From positions 1,088,001-1,152,000 of the forward strand of contig CP000070.1 in assembly GCA_000002445.1 (NCBI GenBank): 64,000 nt of DNA, given 5' to 3'. The notes below the pieces were generated by a model that saw only the letters and a list, made by a program, of their open reading frames with translations, made no database searches and was not told where the DNA came from. Shown piece after piece: positions 53,301 to 63,950 of the stretch. Source of the DNA: Trypanosoma brucei (Eukaryota). Within the stretch, counting starts at the first letter, position 1. Every line of letters begins with the position of its first letter. The position numbers and the translations under genes were made by a program.

Positions 53301-54971
53301 TCACACATCTCTGCGATTGTGCTTTATTTTTCTTTCCCCCTTGATGAAGTACATCATCTGGGTGATGATGATCCCCAAAATCAGTTCACTCCCTTCAAGA
53401 ACAATAAAGTCGTACAGGACACAATTCCGCGCAAGTTGTAAGATGATGACCTCCCGTTCCATACCCTCGTATATCAGTGCAAACAGAGGAACCAGATTCC
53501 CTGCATCTCTCTGCATGCATTGCATCAGGCTGACAGCAGGGTGCGCCACAAAAGGAAATTGCTTCACTTCCATTTCGATAGCGCTCCATATTCCTTTTAA
53601 CATATCCCACTCAATACGATACTTATCAGTTTTCAGAAGAAGGCTTCTCATTACCGAAGCAATCGCCCCCCTACCCAACACATGGCTAAGATGGGATAGA
53701 TATCCCTTCAGTTGCCTCTCCTGATGAAAGAGTCTATGTGCGGTTGTCAGCTTATCCACGCGTACCCAAGCCCTTCCCCACTTCTCTTTCATGTATGCAA
53801 AAAAAATTCGTGCCACAGCACGACCAGCAAGTATATAAAATTGCATTCTTGCGGAGTGGCTAATGAGCGCTTGCCAAGCTTTGCATACAGTTCTAGCAAC
53901 GGGTAAGTCAGCAGGGCGCAGATAGTTTAAAACGTACTCTTGTAACTCGTAAGGTAAGGTCGAAAACGAACGCTGCAAGGTAGAAATACCCACACTTTTG
54001 TAGTGTACTCTCGAGTGACCACTGGGGATGTTGGATGCATCACGTTTGCGTTTACGTGTCTCCATAGTTTGGAAGTCGTCATACACGATATTTATTGCAT
54101 AACCGTCGCTGCTTGTTCTTCCCCTAGTCTCGCCCGACTCCTGAACGGTTTCATCCACGTCTTCGTTAATTTCCGCCTGCGCCACTATCTTTTGTATCGT
54201 TTGCAAGCGTTGAGTCCCGTGCCAGTACCACGTGGGCTCTCCAATGGTATACTCCGAACGAGATTTCAGCCACGGCAAAGTGGGTAAGGAGCAATTCCTT
54301 TTGTACCCCATGGTTTCTGCAAAAGTGTCCTTCGCAAACTCACACTGAAGCAAGGCTCTGGTCAAACTGAGGAAAAGGAATGCTACAGTAGAGTACATGG
54401 AAAGACCCGCATCACTAGGTTCCGCCTCCCTAAGGTATGGTGTTGATTCGAAGTAAGCACACAGTCCCTGCCGGATAGCTCTCCTCTCCAGGCGGCGGTC
54501 GACGTAAAAGTCTAGAAAGGAGAAAAGTACTGGGGCCAAGACATCCTCAGAAAGCCTTGTGTTAAAAACATCCAAATCGTCTGCAACCAAAGTGGTTGTG
54601 CCGTGAACAACGCCGTTTGTAGGGTTTCTTCCCCTGCCATCCTCAACGCCTTGCACTCCTCCCATACCACTGATAGTGGCGTTGGCGGAAGTATTTAATT
54701 CTTCATTCACCACACTACGCGCTTCTGTTTCCCTGGTCACTGGCAGCAACCTTGTGATAAGAAGCTGAACGAAAACACTATTTGTGTGCAGACAAATGTC
54801 CAAAAGTGAAAAACTGTCGGTTGGTACAGCACCCTCTTTGCGGCGTGTTATGTATTGAAAACGTTCCAGGAATTCTACAGATTCATCACTAAAGATCTGC
54901 GGCATACTATGTATCAGTACCTGCTCTGTTGCACATGTGAGTATGCAAGCGCGTTCATGGGAAATACCCAA
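53301..54971 (-). CDS. Hypothetical protein with an F-box-like motif
   Basis: LPYELQEYVLNYLRPADLPVARTVCKAWQALI fits the F-box consensus LPxEllxxIfsyLxxxDLlxxxxVCKxWxxLi. The rest of the 556-aa ORF was not recognised. Confidence 0.45.
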   Translation of the reverse strand: MGISHERACILTCATEQVLIHSMPQIFSDESVEFLERFQYITRRKEGAVPTDSFSLLDICLHTNSVFVQLLITRLLPVTRETEARSVVNEELNTSANATISGMGGVQGVEDGRGRNPTNGVVHGTTTLVADDLDVFNTRLSEDVLAPVLFSFLDFYVDRRLERRAIRQGLCAYFESTPYLREAEPSDAGLSMYSTVAFLFLSLTRALLQCEFAKDTFAETMGYKRNCSLPTLPWLKSRSEYTIGEPTWYWHGTQRLQTIQKIVAQAEINEDVDETVQESGETRGRTSSDGYAINIVYDDFQTMETRKRKRDASNIPSGHSRVHYKSVGISTLQRSFSTLPYELQEYVLNYLRPADLPVARTVCKAWQALISHSARMQFYILAGRAVARIFFAYMKEKWGRAWVRVDKLTTAHRLFHQERQLKGYLSHLSHVLGRGAIASVMRSLLLKTDKYRIEWDMLKGIWSAIEMEVKQFPFVAHPAVSLMQCMQRDAGNLVPLFALIYEGMEREVIILQLARNCVLYDFIVLEGSELILGIIITQMMYFIKGERKIKHNRRDV

Positions 54972-55278
54972 ATAGACACAACAAAAAGAAAATACGTGAA
55001 GGTAATAGAGGTTTATGTATGTGTGTGGTTGAGGGTGCCCTTCAAGCGTACCTGAAGGTTGGAAGCGTGTGAGAAAGGAATGCTACCGTCGATGCGGCAA
55101 ACGCTCCACAGAAGGTTCCCCCCCCCCCATTGCAGTATTAAAGGCTTACGTTTCGTTGTGTCGTCCCCGCGTTCCCCCGTAGAATTTTCTTTGGCTGACT
55201 TTGGCGCAGTGCCTCTACATTGCAGACAACCGAACTGACAGAGTGGCTTTCGTATTTGCTATTTTCTCGTTGTCACAC

Positions 55279-56820
55279 TTAACAGTGAGAAAAGTCAACA
55301 ATATCGGTTATTTCATGTGCAGCCCAGTTTGAAATACGCTGCTTTACCTTCGCCGCATCCTGCCGCTTGTAAAAAATAGGTTTTTGAAACTCCTTTACAA
55401 GGAAGTTCCTATCTTGCATGAATTCATGAACAGCCGCAAGACCCACCATAGCACCAGACCATGGGGTGGACCCCACCGCGTCATCACTGCCTAAGCGAAC
55501 AAGCATGCGAGGAATGTTCAAACGGCGCAAGTCTAAGCCATCACGTGAGTGCATAAATCGCTCCGTTGGGTTATGCACCACAGAATTGAGAGCTCGGAAC
55601 ACCGTTCTCGCTTCCACATCACTTAGACCGTAACCGCGGACTCGCGGTATGTTGTTACAACGACCAACAGCCCATATATTTGGTCGACAATAGAGTTGCA
55701 TTAGAGTACTTACGCGGTAGTGTCCATCCGGCATTTCATGCTCCGAGAGGATGTTGGTACAACCTTTTCCGGAAACGATGGGACGCGGAACATCGCCAAT
55801 AGTCGAAAAAACGTAATCATAACCTTCTTCCTCACCTGTTGATTCCACGGTATTGCTCGTCAGCTGCGGCTGCCGAGTCCCAAAATAGGCCTGATTGACG
55901 ATCGATTGCCGTGGTCGTGGTGCGAAGTGCATCTTTTCGTACCGCACAGTAAATGTCGACGGTTCATCCGGTGATGTTCCCCAAGTCAACCACCCCGTTA
56001 GTGGCTTCAGCAGGCTTGACAACATTGATGTGCTCGTTTCGTTCACGCGCCTTCCCAACGCATCATAACCAGTAACATCAGTGACGCGGGAACAGAGGTT
56101 AACAGTAATGTTATCACACTTCTCCACGGTTTCCAACGCATACCTTTGGCTTGTCGTTGGAAGCGCAGGGAGGAGCTCAGGTTTGGAGTGGTACAGGTGG
56201 ACTTTCAAGTCCTTCCTGTTGCGAGCGAGGTCGACTGCCAGTGACACCCCAACGGGCCCGCCGCCAAGAACGGCAACTTTTTTACATGTGCCAATGAATT
56301 CATTAAAGTTCTTCAGCTCCTGTACGCGTCCGCTCACTGTTCGCTGCTTCGTTGCAAAGGGGTATGGCTTGCGTTCTCCCACAGTGATGAATAACAGATC
56401 ATAGGGGACAGTGCGGCCATCTCGTAGTGTAACTGTGTTTTCATCCACGCCATGTACTGTACCCGTCAAGACGTTCGCCTGCTTCAAGTAATAACGGTGG
56501 AGAACGAGCAGGCGCCGGCACGCCTCTTCATTTAACTCACTCCAAGGGTTCGCTATGATAGGGATAATATCATTTGTAAGTTCAAAGTAATTTTTTTCAT
56601 CGATAAATGTGACGTTAAACATACTGTCAAGCATGTATGCCAACTTCGACCCGGTGTACCCGCCGCCAACAACAACGCATCTTACGGGGGTAACATCTTT
56701 GCTTGGGTCCATAACAACGTCCAATGTTGGTGGTGAAATGGCGAGCGACGAGGACGAAGTGCTGCGGTATGCCGACACTGCACCGGCTAACATGCTACTT
56801 GTGAATAACTTCCAGAGCAT
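55279..56820 (-). CDS. FAD/NAD(P)-binding pyridine-nucleotide-disulfide-type oxidoreductase (AIF/NDH2-like), probably mitochondrial
   Basis: There are two Rossmann dinucleotide-binding motifs, VVVGGGYTGSKLA near the N-terminus and KKVAVLGGGPVGVSLAVDLA in the middle of the protein. The N-terminus (MLWKLFTSSMLAGAVSAYRS) looks like a presequence. Confidence 0.6.
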   Translation of the reverse strand: MLWKLFTSSMLAGAVSAYRSTSSSSLAISPPTLDVVMDPSKDVTPVRCVVVGGGYTGSKLAYMLDSMFNVTFIDEKNYFELTNDIIPIIANPWSELNEEACRRLLVLHRYYLKQANVLTGTVHGVDENTVTLRDGRTVPYDLLFITVGERKPYPFATKQRTVSGRVQELKNFNEFIGTCKKVAVLGGGPVGVSLAVDLARNRKDLKVHLYHSKPELLPALPTTSQRYALETVEKCDNITVNLCSRVTDVTGYDALGRRVNETSTSMLSSLLKPLTGWLTWGTSPDEPSTFTVRYEKMHFAPRPRQSIVNQAYFGTRQPQLTSNTVESTGEEEGYDYVFSTIGDVPRPIVSGKGCTNILSEHEMPDGHYRVSTLMQLYCRPNIWAVGRCNNIPRVRGYGLSDVEARTVFRALNSVVHNPTERFMHSRDGLDLRRLNIPRMLVRLGSDDAVGSTPWSGAMVGLAAVHEFMQDRNFLVKEFQKPIFYKRQDAAKVKQRISNWAAHEITDIVDFSHC

Positions 56821-57573
56821 TCGGCTATAAGTGAATGCAATGGAAGCTTACACGAGAGCTCGCGTACGTAATTATGTGAAGAAATACAGTTGAAGATGTG
56901 ATGCACAAGTAATTGGTACAGGTTATATCAGTAGCTTTGTTTAGCCTTACCCACTCAATACCTGGGTTGGCGATCCTTCGTATGCTTCCTTTGCGTATCA
57001 GTGCGGAAGCTTAGTCTGCGGTGCCCGTGTCCAATTGGCGAAAAAAAAAAAATACGACACGAAAACGAGCGTAAAGTCACTATGATCCTTCAATGCGCCG
57101 GATGTAGTCAAGTTGAAAGAGCGAAAGATGAAACAGGCGCTGGTTGTTGATACACAAAAAGTATGGACACTCATGAGGACATGCAAAGCACAATACAAGT
57201 ACATATAGATGTGTGTTTTTTATACGCAACTGAACAGAATAGTGGAAAGGTGAATTATCCCCCTTCCCCTGTTGGCCAATTTCGTGATCTATCGTGCGCA
57301 CCCCACTGAAACGAAATGCACAAATCCTTCATACACAAACACGGATGCACCCCGTGCTGCTCTGCAAAAAAGAAAAGTGGACACACCGTATGATAGTGCT
57401 AGTTCGTGTCTCAACGACAAAGCAGGAGCAATCACTGCATGTATGTTGCCCGCACGCCACTTCGGCATTTCGTAACGCACAACGCCGAGAGGAGGGACGC
57501 CACACTGCTTCCTCGGTGGATATTACCAAAATCAACGGAATATCTCACATACGCCCACGCGAGCGTTATGTTC

Positions 57574-58407
57574 TCACTTCACCGTCAGGAACTGTATGAG
57601 TTTCAAAACATCTTGCGCTGTATGCCATACCGTACTCTCCACCAACCGTGTGCGCCGTACCTCCCTGTGCAGCGCCTCCAGATTTACTTCCAACTCTACA
57701 TCGTGTGATAAGTACGGCGCGCTGATGAGTGGTAATTGCAATTGTTGTCCTAATGGTCGTGCGATGCGGGAGTGATCAGTGAACGAACGCACCACTGCCA
57801 AATCTACAGTGAGCAATGCCCCTACTCGCACGGACTTGCGCTGTCGGAGGCGCGACACTTTTGGTGTAAAGAGCTGCCACGTCGACAGGTCCCACGTCTT
57901 GACAGGAATGCGCGTTTCACGCGATACACACACACGAAAATCGGCGGCCCACGCGGGACAACGCACATCGTGGACGAAAAGGCGCTCCTTTTCGCTCCCC
58001 GAGAGCAGCTGACCTTCACTGCATGAGGCATTCATCGCGTATTCAAGTCTCTGTGTTCCTGCCGTATGTACAAAAAGGGTTGCGGTAGAGCGTGAGGGTA
58101 CACACGCGGCGGGGGCTGTTTTCTTCAGTTTCTCATGGAGTGCGTGAAACGTTGCCTGTGAAACTCCACTAAAAAAGTGGAAGGGTGCTGCCGACGCTGC
58201 TGTGTCCAGTACCGCAGGTGTTTGCGTATTGGTGGCGAAGGGATGAGTGAAGTTGTGACGAGAAGCTGAGTACGTGCCTAAGCGGCACTCAAACTCGACA
58301 AGGACATCGGAAGTTGCGTTTTTGCGGTAGATCTCCAACCCCCGAATGAGTGCATCCGCCAACAGCTGCACGAGAGGGTCACGATATGGTGGAATACGTT
58401 GCAGCAT
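57574..58407 (-). CDS. Candidate Cet1-like RNA 5'-triphosphatase (triphosphate tunnel metalloenzyme) of the mRNA capping apparatus
   Basis: The N-terminal LVEFECRLG matches the E-x-E-x-(K/R)-(F/L)-G beta-1 motif of the Cet1/TTM family. The C-terminal VELEVNLE matches the terminal E-x-E tunnel strand. The length (277 aa) is close to protozoan Cet1 enzymes. The call rests on motifs only. Confidence 0.45.
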   Translation of the reverse strand: MLQRIPPYRDPLVQLLADALIRGLEIYRKNATSDVLVEFECRLGTYSASRHNFTHPFATNTQTPAVLDTAASAAPFHFFSGVSQATFHALHEKLKKTAPAACVPSRSTATLFVHTAGTQRLEYAMNASCSEGQLLSGSEKERLFVHDVRCPAWAADFRVCVSRETRIPVKTWDLSTWQLFTPKVSRLRQRKSVRVGALLTVDLAVVRSFTDHSRIARPLGQQLQLPLISAPYLSHDVELEVNLEALHREVRRTRLVESTVWHTAQDVLKLIQFLTVK

Positions 58408-58859
58408 GTGACCGCAGTGAATGCAACTCCACTGTTCCCCCTTTGCACGTTCCTGCTAACGAAACAGAAGGATAAAAACGAGACAAGGGTACAAGCAAAA
58501 CGACAATACAACGTGGATTCGCTCAAGGCGAAGACAGGGTACGGGAGCATCCGAGTGCCTCAAAATCTCTGAGTTTGTATATCCCACACACAAAAGAAAA
58601 ATAACGGTGGACGGAGTGTAGGCGAAGGCCACAGCAAATTAAAAAAATGCAGACTGCCAACTGGAACAGCACATTCACTACGCAAAATATCTCCTCAAAA
58701 CGCCGCATCATCTGCTGTTAAAGCACACCCTTCTTGCCCCTTTTTAATGTCTTTTCCTGCTTCATTCACTCGTTCCACACCCTCACGAGGCAAGGCACCC
58801 AATGGCGCATTTGAAATGAGCAAATGCGAACGTTTCCCACTTGTTACATTCCTTCCCAA

Positions 58860-61664
58860 TCATACACTACTACCACCAGAACTCAAGTCAGTGACAGAAA
58901 TATTGGCAACTTTCACGTCGGCACTGACCTGTGCGACTCCCGTTTCCACATGCATAGGCGCAACACCGCTTCCCAAGCTCAATGGAGGAGAAGTTGTTGG
59001 GACGGGCACTGGAAGTGATGCAGCAAAGGGAGGTACCATCACCTTTGGTCCCGGTTGGTGTTGCTGCACAGGTACCGGAATTGCTCGTATCACACTATTG
59101 GACGTCTCCAACCCTGCATTAGGGTGAGTACCGGGAGGCGAGACCGCAACGCCGGTAGTGGAAGCCAGTCCCGGCGGGCTCTCCATTGGAGCCGTGGGCA
59201 CAACGTTAGATTCTTTTGGGATTGCAAAATTAGTGCCTCCAGAGGGGGCATAACCGCGCCCTGTTGCACCGTTCCGGCCGCTATCAGTGATGCTGTCGTT
59301 CCTTAACCATTCCGGCGTACACGACGACGCGGCCGTCGACGGTTTAGAGGACGAAACCAAGTGTTGAACCACTTGACAGTCCACGCCTGGAGCCGCAGTA
59401 GAGGGTTTAGGCCTTACCGATAGACTATCATCCAATAAAGAACTCTTCCCAGAGTTCTGTACCTGTCCCGGCGGTTTTAGCGTCGAGAAAAGCTGTGGAA
59501 GGGATCCCATGCTGGCCATTGAGGAGGCGCAGTTTGATACGATACATTTTGAAGGGCGGGCTGCGCTAGTGATTGGCATTACATCCACGGGTGCAACAAC
59601 TCCGGCAGTGAGGTGAGAAGTGTTGTGAACCACCTCAGTGACTGTGTGTGGCTGCGGTTGCTGAGATAGGGAAGGAGGTGCTACCGAAGTGTGAGGCGCC
59701 GGTACAGTTTGGGGTTCTCCTTTCGTCACCTCTTGCTGTTGTTGCACCGGTGGCGCTGTCGCTGCCTGTGGTGCTGAAGGGAGCAGTTGCGGTTGCGGTT
59801 GCGGTTGCGGTTGCAGGGGCTGCGGCACCGCCGGTCGTGCACCAGGAAATGGCAACTGCTGTGGTACCGCCGACGGTGCATATATTTGGTTTGGTTCGAC
59901 TAATGGATGCTGCTGCTGTATCGACGCTGGTGCCAGGGGCTGTTGAGTCGACGGTACATGCTGCGGGTTTGGTGCTTGCTGCGTTGCCAGATGAGTTGAA
60001 GTCTGCTGCGCGGTTTGTATTTTCGGTGATTCTATTGGTGGTGCTGTGATTGTCGTCAACCCCGTTATTGGCTGTTGTTGGTCTAACGACGTACGCTGAG
60101 TTGCCGTTGGGAATGCATGTGTTTGGTAGTGTGGGTCCGAAGGGTGCTGTTGCACCATTTGCGCCGTGGCGGGGGGCACCTGCTGAGGTGCTAATGGTAT
60201 CGTTGCAGAAGCCGTAGGATGTAGCGCAACAGGCTGCTGCAGAGGTAACTGCTGTGTTGCCGTTGGCAGCGTGCGCGTTTCGCGCTGCAGGTCTAATGGG
60301 TGCTGTTGCTGTATCAGAGGTTGTTGGGTCATTGCTACACACTGCGGGTTTAACTCTTGCACAGCTCTGAGTGGCTGTGTTTGCAACGGAGGCACTGATG
60401 TATTTGTGTCAGGTCCCACTTTCGCAGTGTTCGCAGAACCTACGTTAGCAGCCCTCGATAAGAGGGCAGATATTGCAGGTTTCTCGGCGTTACCCTGCTG
60501 CATTTCGTTCACAGTAAGCCACGACGGGGAAGCCGATGGTCCCGCAGCATTCCCACTCACTGATGTCGCAGGGAGTGCCGATTCAGACTGCTTTCCTTCC
60601 TTCAAACTTTTCACAACCTTCTGCAACTCTTCCACCTGTTTGACAAGTGCGCTGTTACTTGCTTCCTGTTGTCGTGTATTGTTGTACTGCTGCAGTGCTG
60701 CGACGTCGGGGACAACGGGAACAGCAAATAAAGATTGCTGTGAATTCCGATGCGGAAGAGCTGCAACGCCTGCAGCCTGCACTGTCGGCAACCCCGGAAG
60801 AGTTGGCTCAGACTTCGTTTGCTCCAACTTCTGCTGTTGTGGCGATATTGGCTGTCCAGCCTGGACATTGGCTTTCCCACCTTCTGCTGAGGGCGGTACT
60901 GGAGAGGCCGGCTTCTGCCCAATCAGTGCCGCCTGCATCATCATCATCATACCTTCACGCTGCAGACGATCGTTTCTATCTCTTTCCTTCTCGAGGAGTT
61001 GCTCTATCGAACTCAGTTTATCCTGCAATTGGTGCATTTTAAGGTCATAATCGGTCTTCCACTGCTCTGGTTGTCGTGGTGGCTCCAGCGCGGTTTGTGG
61101 TTGTTGCTGTGGTTGAACCTGTACTAACGGCGATTCTACTGCAGGCTTCATCATATGACGCTTTCGTATGTGTGATTGTAATGACTCGCACTTTCCATAC
61201 ATTTCGCCGCACTGTGGACATATATATGTTGAGCCCGCCGTCGCGTTTCTTCCTGCCCTATTATATTCGTATGCCAACAACGTGCGGCGTTGTGCCTTCA
61301 CCTCTTTCCTCAAAACGCTGTTTTCCTGATTCAACCGGTCGCATTCCTGTTTCAGTGAATCAACGCCTTGCTGAGACTCTTGCATGCGCTCGTTAAGTTT
61401 TACGTTTATCTTTGCGAGACACTCTTGCGAGCAGACCAAATACTGAATAACCAGTTGACAAAGTGTGTAAAGATGGATAAAGTGGTCGGGGGTAAACATC
61501 GCCGCCTCATCACGTGTTAGGCGAGCGAACGCGATGTTTTCCACCACCCGCTGTAGAGTATCCACGTTGGTGTCTTTTATGAGACGCTGAATGTCAATAC
61601 TTACCAGCACACCCCAATCCAGGCGTTCACTTCCTTGTACAAACTGAAAGTCGAGTGCCGTCAT
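58860..61664 (-). CDS. DZIP1-like protein: Dzip-like N-terminal domain, a single C2H2 zinc finger and a long Q/P-rich low-complexity tail
   Basis: FQFVQGSERLDWGVLVSIDIQRLIKDTNVDTLQRVVENIAFARL fits the Dzip-like_N pattern (FxF...IDWxxI..VD...I....D...Lq..l.nitf). A coiled-coil follows, then YICPQCGEMYGKCESLQSHIRKRH (C2H2). The C-terminal 600 aa are Q/P/A-rich. Confidence 0.6.
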   Translation of the reverse strand: MTALDFQFVQGSERLDWGVLVSIDIQRLIKDTNVDTLQRVVENIAFARLTRDEAAMFTPDHFIHLYTLCQLVIQYLVCSQECLAKINVKLNERMQESQQGVDSLKQECDRLNQENSVLRKEVKAQRRTLLAYEYNRAGRNATAGSTYICPQCGEMYGKCESLQSHIRKRHMMKPAVESPLVQVQPQQQPQTALEPPRQPEQWKTDYDLKMHQLQDKLSSIEQLLEKERDRNDRLQREGMMMMMQAALIGQKPASPVPPSAEGGKANVQAGQPISPQQQKLEQTKSEPTLPGLPTVQAAGVAALPHRNSQQSLFAVPVVPDVAALQQYNNTRQQEASNSALVKQVEELQKVVKSLKEGKQSESALPATSVSGNAAGPSASPSWLTVNEMQQGNAEKPAISALLSRAANVGSANTAKVGPDTNTSVPPLQTQPLRAVQELNPQCVAMTQQPLIQQQHPLDLQRETRTLPTATQQLPLQQPVALHPTASATIPLAPQQVPPATAQMVQQHPSDPHYQTHAFPTATQRTSLDQQQPITGLTTITAPPIESPKIQTAQQTSTHLATQQAPNPQHVPSTQQPLAPASIQQQHPLVEPNQIYAPSAVPQQLPFPGARPAVPQPLQPQPQPQPQLLPSAPQAATAPPVQQQQEVTKGEPQTVPAPHTSVAPPSLSQQPQPHTVTEVVHNTSHLTAGVVAPVDVMPITSAARPSKCIVSNCASSMASMGSLPQLFSTLKPPGQVQNSGKSSLLDDSLSVRPKPSTAAPGVDCQVVQHLVSSSKPSTAASSCTPEWLRNDSITDSGRNGATGRGYAPSGGTNFAIPKESNVVPTAPMESPPGLASTTGVAVSPPGTHPNAGLETSNSVIRAIPVPVQQHQPGPKVMVPPFAASLPVPVPTTSPPLSLGSGVAPMHVETGVAQVSADVKVANISVTDLSSGGSSV

Positions 61665-62297
61665 TCCTTTCTATTATGCTGTTGCTTCTATGGTTGTAAA
61701 AGTAAGCTCAAATATTATTGTTATTCCCCGCTCCCTCCCTGCTTCACACTTCCACAACAACTTATGGGTGTCTCGCTTCGACCCAAATCCGTGTGACTCA
61801 CCCAGTTGGTGTTTAACAGCTTACTACCTTGTTTTCCTTTACCTGGTAATGATGCGCCACTTCGATAGGAAAGATATGAATGACGACTGTGAAAAATTAT
61901 CAAAACAGGAGTAATCTCCAATAACAAAAATAGAAACACTGTAATAATGAGTTTACGCGACAGTGAAGCAGTTGAGGCCCTACGGCTGCGGGCTTCCAGT
62001 GTGCCTACCGCCAGGTCCTCAAAAATACCTTCTGGACTACCCTACGCCGAAGTCAGCCGCCATCCAAATCCTTTTGTTCGAGTCCCTTCCCGCAGAACAA
62101 AAAATAACAAAGTACAAAAAACTCAGCTACTCAAGGCCTGCACTTTCATTCCTTGTCGCAGAGGGGTATTAAGTGTACGTTACACGCGTGTTAATTGTGA
62201 GTGCATGACTGCAACTACAGCTGCGGCCCCAGGAATTACTTTGTTTTCCTCACCCCTCCCCTCCCACATTTGCGCCACTCCTTGCACATCATCACTA

Positions 62298-63950
62298 CTA
62301 GTTTGTTACGAAGGAATACGCCTCCGCCTCGCGTTCCACCAGCTGTCGTGCACGCGCCGTTCCCACTAGCCTGTTCAGTTCATGAGAGTCGTATCTGCAA
62401 AAGAGAGTGAGCGAGAAGGCGTTTGGCGACGTGGCCACAAGGCGCCCAACAAGCGAGACGTAGAAGCTAGAGAATACAGGTGGGCTATAGAACACGATGA
62501 TTTCCGCATGTTTCACGAAATACCTCCTGAAAAAGTAGAAACGCTCCGTGACTAGCAGAAGTGGTCGCTCCAAATCGGTGAACTGCCCCAGTGACTTGCG
62601 CTGTTGCCGAAGAGAGGTGTACTCGCATATGGCTGCGAAGCTGTCGCGATGCTCGCGTATCATATAGTTTCGGATGCGAACGTAGTCAAAGTAGGAGGGA
62701 ACGAATATGATCGTACGCACATCACGAGAAACAGGCGGTAATATCTTGGTTGGAAGCACCTCGCGCGTGAAAAAGTCAAAGCGCGCGTCATCGCAGGATT
62801 CCACAGAACTTCCTGGATCGAAGCGAAGAAAGTGCTGTCTCACGGGCACCATAATTTGCTGGAGCACACCTGTTTCCTCCCTCCGATGCAGCGACACGCG
62901 ACCAGAGTTGTTCACAAACGTGCGAAAAGTGGAAAGAAGGACGGCATTTGTCACATTGCTTGAAATAATAGTCTGCCGATGGCGTCCGCTCTGTCCAGCA
63001 AGCGCCCAGGCATAAACACGACGCAAGTCAGATAATCCGTATGTTGTGTCGCGTGGGCGTTTATTCAGCAAACCGAGCACCTCCATCACATGCTGCCAGT
63101 TCTGCATCAACAAAACATGAGCTTCATCGATAAGGCAAACTTCAATAGAGGAAAGTGACACGGAGGCGTCGCCATTCCGTTCGAGACGCCGCCGCAACCC
63201 CAACGGGGAACAGATAATCATATCACTGTTCAACGGGTGAGTGTATACTCGCACACGACTTGGTTCAATTCGCAAACCCACACAAAAAGAATCATCAATA
63301 TTGCCGGCAAACTGTCGTTGGTAGTCACGGGGGCGGCGTGAGAAAGTTGGATCCATTGCCTCCGCAAGCTCAGTGAAGTCTTCGTCAAATGTAGCGAGCC
63401 TCGGACAGTCCTCAGGGATAGCACGAAGCAACTCTATCAGCGTGGTCACATATTCGTGAGCAATGTTGCGCATTGGGAGCATAATGAGCAATCGCGTTTT
63501 TCCAAAACCACGGTCTCGCAGTTCATACTCCCCATCCTCACCGTCACTATCATCCAGATTCTTGCTCGACACCGCGCTGCTGCCTTTAACCTTCTTCTTG
63601 GAGTTCTTTCTTTTCTGACGCTTCTTTTCATGTAGAAAGGCTTCGTGTAAGACCATAACCGCACGTGCCTTGTACCAATGGTTGAGAGCGTGAAGCAGAA
63701 ACACTTCTCGACGTGCCTCAGCGTTCTCAGCCGATCGACAACAGTCCATGACATCGGGGTAGCCCTGCAGAAGGTCCAACAGCCCCCGCTGTTCCGCCGT
63801 CATAGGTCCGCGAGACTTCGCCGCACGGTAATCCAACCATTTGTTCCAAAGTGTTTCGTGCATGTACGGCGGCCTCTTATCGAGTTTTTGTGGTGCTGAG
63901 GCAGTTCCTTGCCATCCAACGCGAAAGGGTTCATGTATGAGGTGCTCCAT
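62298..63950 (-). CDS. UTP25: U3 snoRNP protein UTP25 (Def/DUF1253 family)
   Basis: GFGKTRLLIMLPMRNIAHEYV resembles Utp25 GFTRPKVLILLP.R. IEVCLIDEAHVLLMQNWQHV resembles the DEAD-like SIE..LD.AD...MQNWEH block. The C-terminal RFYFFRRYFVKHAEIIVFYSPPVFSSFYVSLVGRL resembles RFFHFRRYRIRGxKNVIFYGPPENPxFYSEVVRFL. An acidic N-terminal region is expected. Because the first Met lies only 50 bp from the window edge, the N-terminus is possibly incomplete. Confidence 0.7.
   Translation of the reverse strand: MEHLIHEPFRVGWQGTASAPQKLDKRPPYMHETLWNKWLDYRAAKSRGPMTAEQRGLLDLLQGYPDVMDCCRSAENAEARREVFLLHALNHWYKARAVMVLHEAFLHEKKRQKRKNSKKKVKGSSAVSSKNLDDSDGEDGEYELRDRGFGKTRLLIMLPMRNIAHEYVTTLIELLRAIPEDCPRLATFDEDFTELAEAMDPTFSRRPRDYQRQFAGNIDDSFCVGLRIEPSRVRVYTHPLNSDMIICSPLGLRRRLERNGDASVSLSSIEVCLIDEAHVLLMQNWQHVMEVLGLLNKRPRDTTYGLSDLRRVYAWALAGQSGRHRQTIISSNVTNAVLLSTFRTFVNNSGRVSLHRREETGVLQQIMVPVRQHFLRFDPGSSVESCDDARFDFFTREVLPTKILPPVSRDVRTIIFVPSYFDYVRIRNYMIREHRDSFAAICEYTSLRQQRKSLGQFTDLERPLLLVTERFYFFRRYFVKHAEIIVFYSPPVFSSFYVSLVGRLVATSPNAFSLTLFCRYDSHELNRLVGTARARQLVEREAEAYSFVTN

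Noticed and set aside
59635-61050. ORFs of 235, 133, 259 and 131 aa on both strands inside the DZIP1-like gene
   Set aside because: They are produced by the Q/P/A-rich low-complexity coding sequence (CAG/CAA/GCA-rich). They are alternative-frame artefacts of the 934-aa minus-strand CDS.
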